Positions 61,794 through 64,000 of a stretch of 64,000 nucleotides of DNA are shown piece by piece. Origin of the DNA: Oscillospiraceae bacterium (lineage in GTDB: Bacteria; Bacillota; Clostridia; Oscillospirales; CAG-272). Position 1 is the first letter of the stretch. Every line of letters starts with the position of its first letter. The notes below the pieces were generated by a model, which was not told where the DNA came from, made no database searches, and saw only the letters and a list, made by a program, of their open reading frames with translations. Location: assembly GCA_015065105.1 (NCBI GenBank), contig SVQZ01000003.1:35303-99302 (forward strand). The letters run 5' to 3'. Both the position numbers and the translations under genes were made by a program.

Positions 61794-63143
61794 ATGGCAT
61801 ATACCTTCAGAGGCGGTGCTCATGTACCCGAGCATAAGAATACCGCTTCAATAAAAATACGAACGATGCCTGCACCAAAAATGCTGTCTATACCCCTTTC
61901 ACAGCATATCGGTGCTCCCTGTACTCCCACCATTAAGGTAGGAGATACAGTAGATAAATATCAGGTTATAGGAGATTTTGAAAAGGGACTCGGCTGTCCC
62001 GTTCATTCCTCTGTTTCGGGCAAGGTAGTATCTATGGAAGAGATCCGCAACCCCATGGGCAACGTTGTTACCCATATCGTCATTGAAAATGACGGTGAGG
62101 AGCGCGTTTTCCCCGGCATCAAGCCCTATGAAAAGAGCTTTGATGAAATCACTGCCGATGATCTTATAGATATTACCAAGAGGGCAGGGATCTCGGGCAT
62201 GGGCGGTGCCACCTTCCCGACCCATGCGAAAATTTCCTCTGCGCTCGGTAAGGTTGACAGACTTATCATAAACTGTGCGGAGTGTGAGCCCTATATTACC
62301 GCAAACCACCGTCTTATGCTTGAATTCCCCGATGATATCATAGGCGGTGTAAAGATCCTTTTAAAGGTATTCGGTCTTCGTGACGGCGATATAGCTATTG
62401 AGGATAACAAGCCTGATGCAATAAAGCTGTTCCGCGAAAAAACAGCGGAAAGCGACATTATAAACGTTAAGGTCATGAAAACAAAGTATCCTCAGGGTGA
62501 CGAGCGTCAGCTCATCTATGCTCTTACAGGCCGTCAGATACCTTCGGGCAAATTGCCTGCTGACGTTGGATGTGTTGTTTTCAACGCAGAGACCTGTGCA
62601 GCTATATACAGAGCCTTCGCTCAGGGTATCCCGCTGACGTCGAGAATCGTTACTATCGACGGCGACTGTATCAAGGAGCCCTGCTCGGTTCTCTGTAAGA
62701 TAGGTACACCCATTTCCCATATTGTTGAGCATCTGGGCGGTTTTGCAAAGGAGCCTCACACCGTGGTAAACGGCGGTCCGATGATGGGTGCGGCACTGTG
62801 GGATATAAATGCTCCCGTAACCAAGGGAACCTCGGCAATACTTGTATTCTCGAAAGACGTATATCCGGAATTTCATGAGGAGTATAGCTGTATCCGTTGC
62901 GGAAGATGTGTTAATTCCTGTCAGATGGGACTCATGCCCAATTATATTGCAATGTTTGCAGGAAAGAGAGATTATTCTCTTTGCGAAAAATACGACGTGC
63001 TTTCCTGTGTTGAGTGCGGTGCCTGTACCTACGTTTGTCCCGGCAACGTGCCGATAACACAGCTGAACCGTGTTGCAAAAGCAAAAATAATCGAAAAACG
63101 CCGCAATGAGGCGGCAAAGGAGGCGGCAAAGAATGACAAGTGA
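61794..63143 (+). CDS. rnfC: Rnf electron-transport complex subunit C
   Basis: N-terminus FRGGAHVPEHKNT, NADH/FMN-type GMGGATFPTH, and two ferredoxin motifs (CIRCGRCVNSCQMGLMP and CVECGACTYVCPGNVP). Followed by rnfD. Confidence 0.92.
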   Translation: MAYTFRGGAHVPEHKNTASIKIRTMPAPKMLSIPLSQHIGAPCTPTIKVGDTVDKYQVIGDFEKGLGCPVHSSVSGKVVSMEEIRNPMGNVVTHIVIENDGEERVFPGIKPYEKSFDEITADDLIDITKRAGISGMGGATFPTHAKISSALGKVDRLIINCAECEPYITANHRLMLEFPDDIIGGVKILLKVFGLRDGDIAIEDNKPDAIKLFREKTAESDIINVKVMKTKYPQGDERQLIYALTGRQIPSGKLPADVGCVVFNAETCAAIYRAFAQGIPLTSRIVTIDGDCIKEPCSVLCKIGTPISHIVEHLGGFAKEPHTVVNGGPMMGAALWDINAPVTKGTSAILVFSKDVYPEFHEEYSCIRCGRCVNSCQMGLMPNYIAMFAGKRDYSLCEKYDVLSCVECGACTYVCPGNVPITQLNRVAKAKIIEKRRNEAAKEAAKNDK

Positions 63144-64000
63144 TAATAAATTACTTTCCGTTTCACCCTCTCCCCATATAAAGCATCCCGATAATACAAA
63201 AAGCATTATGCTTGACGTTCTTATCGCAATGCTGCCCGCTCTTATCTGGTCGGTTTACGTTTTCGGATGGCGCTCGCTTTCTATCGTTGTTATATGCGTT
63301 GCCTCCTGTATAGCTTTTGAGTATTTCTATCAGAAGCTTATGAAAAAGCGTATAACCGCAGGAGACCTTTCAGCGGCTGTAACAGGTGTGCTTCTCGCAT
63401 ATAACCTTCCCGTAAGCGTACCCTTCTGGGTGCCTGTTATCGGTGCATTTTTTGCAATAGTTGTTGTAAAACAGCTTTTCGGAGGTATCGGAAAGAATAT
63501 TATGAATCCCGCGCTGGCTGCAAGAGTATTCCTCTTCTGTGCATGGCCCTCGATCCTCGGTAATGACGCGTATTTCGCCCCCTTTACCAAAATGTCTCCC
63601 TTAGCGGTATCGGTAAAGGGTCTTGACACCGTTGCGGGAGCAACACCCCTTGCATCCTTTAAAACAGGCGGTATTTCCGATTATTCGATTTTTGATATGT
63701 TTATCGGCAGGATCCCCGGTTGTATAGGTGAGGTCAGCGCAATGCTCCTTATCCTCGGAGGTATATATCTTATGGTGCGCCGTGTTATAACATGGCATAT
63801 TCCTCTTTCCTACATAGGAACGGTCGCACTTGTTTCCTTCCTCTTCCCAAAGGTTGAATCTGTTCATGCCTTTGAGTTTATGGCAATGGAGGTATTTTCG
63901 GGTGCGCTTATGTTAGGTGCAATTTACATGGCGACCGACTATGCAACCTCTCCCGTATCTCCGAAGGGAAGAATTATCTACGGTATCGGATGCGGTGCAA
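63133..64000 (+). CDS. rnfD: Rnf complex subunit D (5' part; runs off the right edge)
   Basis: Absent from the ORF track because there is no stop in the window. ATG 63133 overlaps the rnfC stop. Hand translation gives MTSDNKLLSVSPSPHIKHPDNTKSIMLDVLIALLPALIW...GDLSAAVTGVLLAYNLP...KQLFGGIGKNIMNPALAARVF, which are classic RnfD motifs. Confidence 0.88.
   Translation, partial: MTSDNKLLSVSPSPHIKHPDNTKSIMLDVLIAMLPALIWSVYVFGWRSLSIVVICVASCIAFEYFYQKLMKKRITAGDLSAAVTGVLLAYNLPVSVPFWVPVIGAFFAIVVVKQLFGGIGKNIMNPALAARVFLFCAWPSILGNDAYFAPFTKMSPLAVSVKGLDTVAGATPLASFKTGGISDYSIFDMFIGRIPGCIGEVSAMLLILGGIYLMVRRVITWHIPLSYIGTVALVSFLFPKVESVHAFEFMAMEVFSGALMLGAIYMATDYATSPVSPKGRIIYGIGCGA

Overview
This 64-kb window looks like chromosome from a low-GC, Clostridia-like Firmicute. 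Supporting signs are GGAGG-type ribosome-binding sites, a SigG-type sporulation sigma remnant, rnfC-rnfD and SLH-anchored surface proteins. Housekeeping anchors are ssrA (tmRNA) with smpB, citrate synthase, a heterodimeric ABC exporter pair, a GntR/ABC operon, tRNA-Met, tRNA-Glu and rnfCD. The rest is accessory. (1) 4.9-11.4 kb holds an ECF sigma factor with a long C-terminal extension and four paralogous XRE-HTH/helical-repeat regulators. (2) 11.6-16.6 kb is a scarred region with a chimeric-looking zinc-ribbon/coiled-coil/lipase ORF, an amidase lipoprotein, a 5'-truncated sigG-like gene and an AT-rich foreign insert. (3) 17.5-22.3 kb is an unusual signalling operon: polytopic membrane protein, degenerate kinase, kinase, LuxR-type response regulator and a pseudo-receiver. 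(4) 22.8-42.9 kb, 50.8-55.1 kb and the gene at 0.3-3.9 kb encode giant secreted proteins assembled from shuffled modules (SLH triplets, 4-Cys repeats, Ig-like repeats, BspA-type LRRs, B-repeat-like modules and an unnamed 'AYGEY' cassette). Embedded among them are a Wzy_C/O-antigen-ligase-like protein and two Cys-rich lipoproteins. The most unusual observation is a structured non-coding element of about 275 bp, present at 14.3 kb (tandem) and 55.1 kb (inverted). At each site it sits between two complete copies of the local convergent-gene terminator hairpin. Hairpin covariation between the copies suggests a previously undescribed terminator-targeting mobile or structured element. A 196-bp tandem repeat that reiterates the 3' end of tRNA-Glu is a second non-coding oddity. 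No CRISPR array, rRNA, recognisable transposase or integrase, or known defence system was seen. All domain calls come from motif recognition by eye, not from searches.
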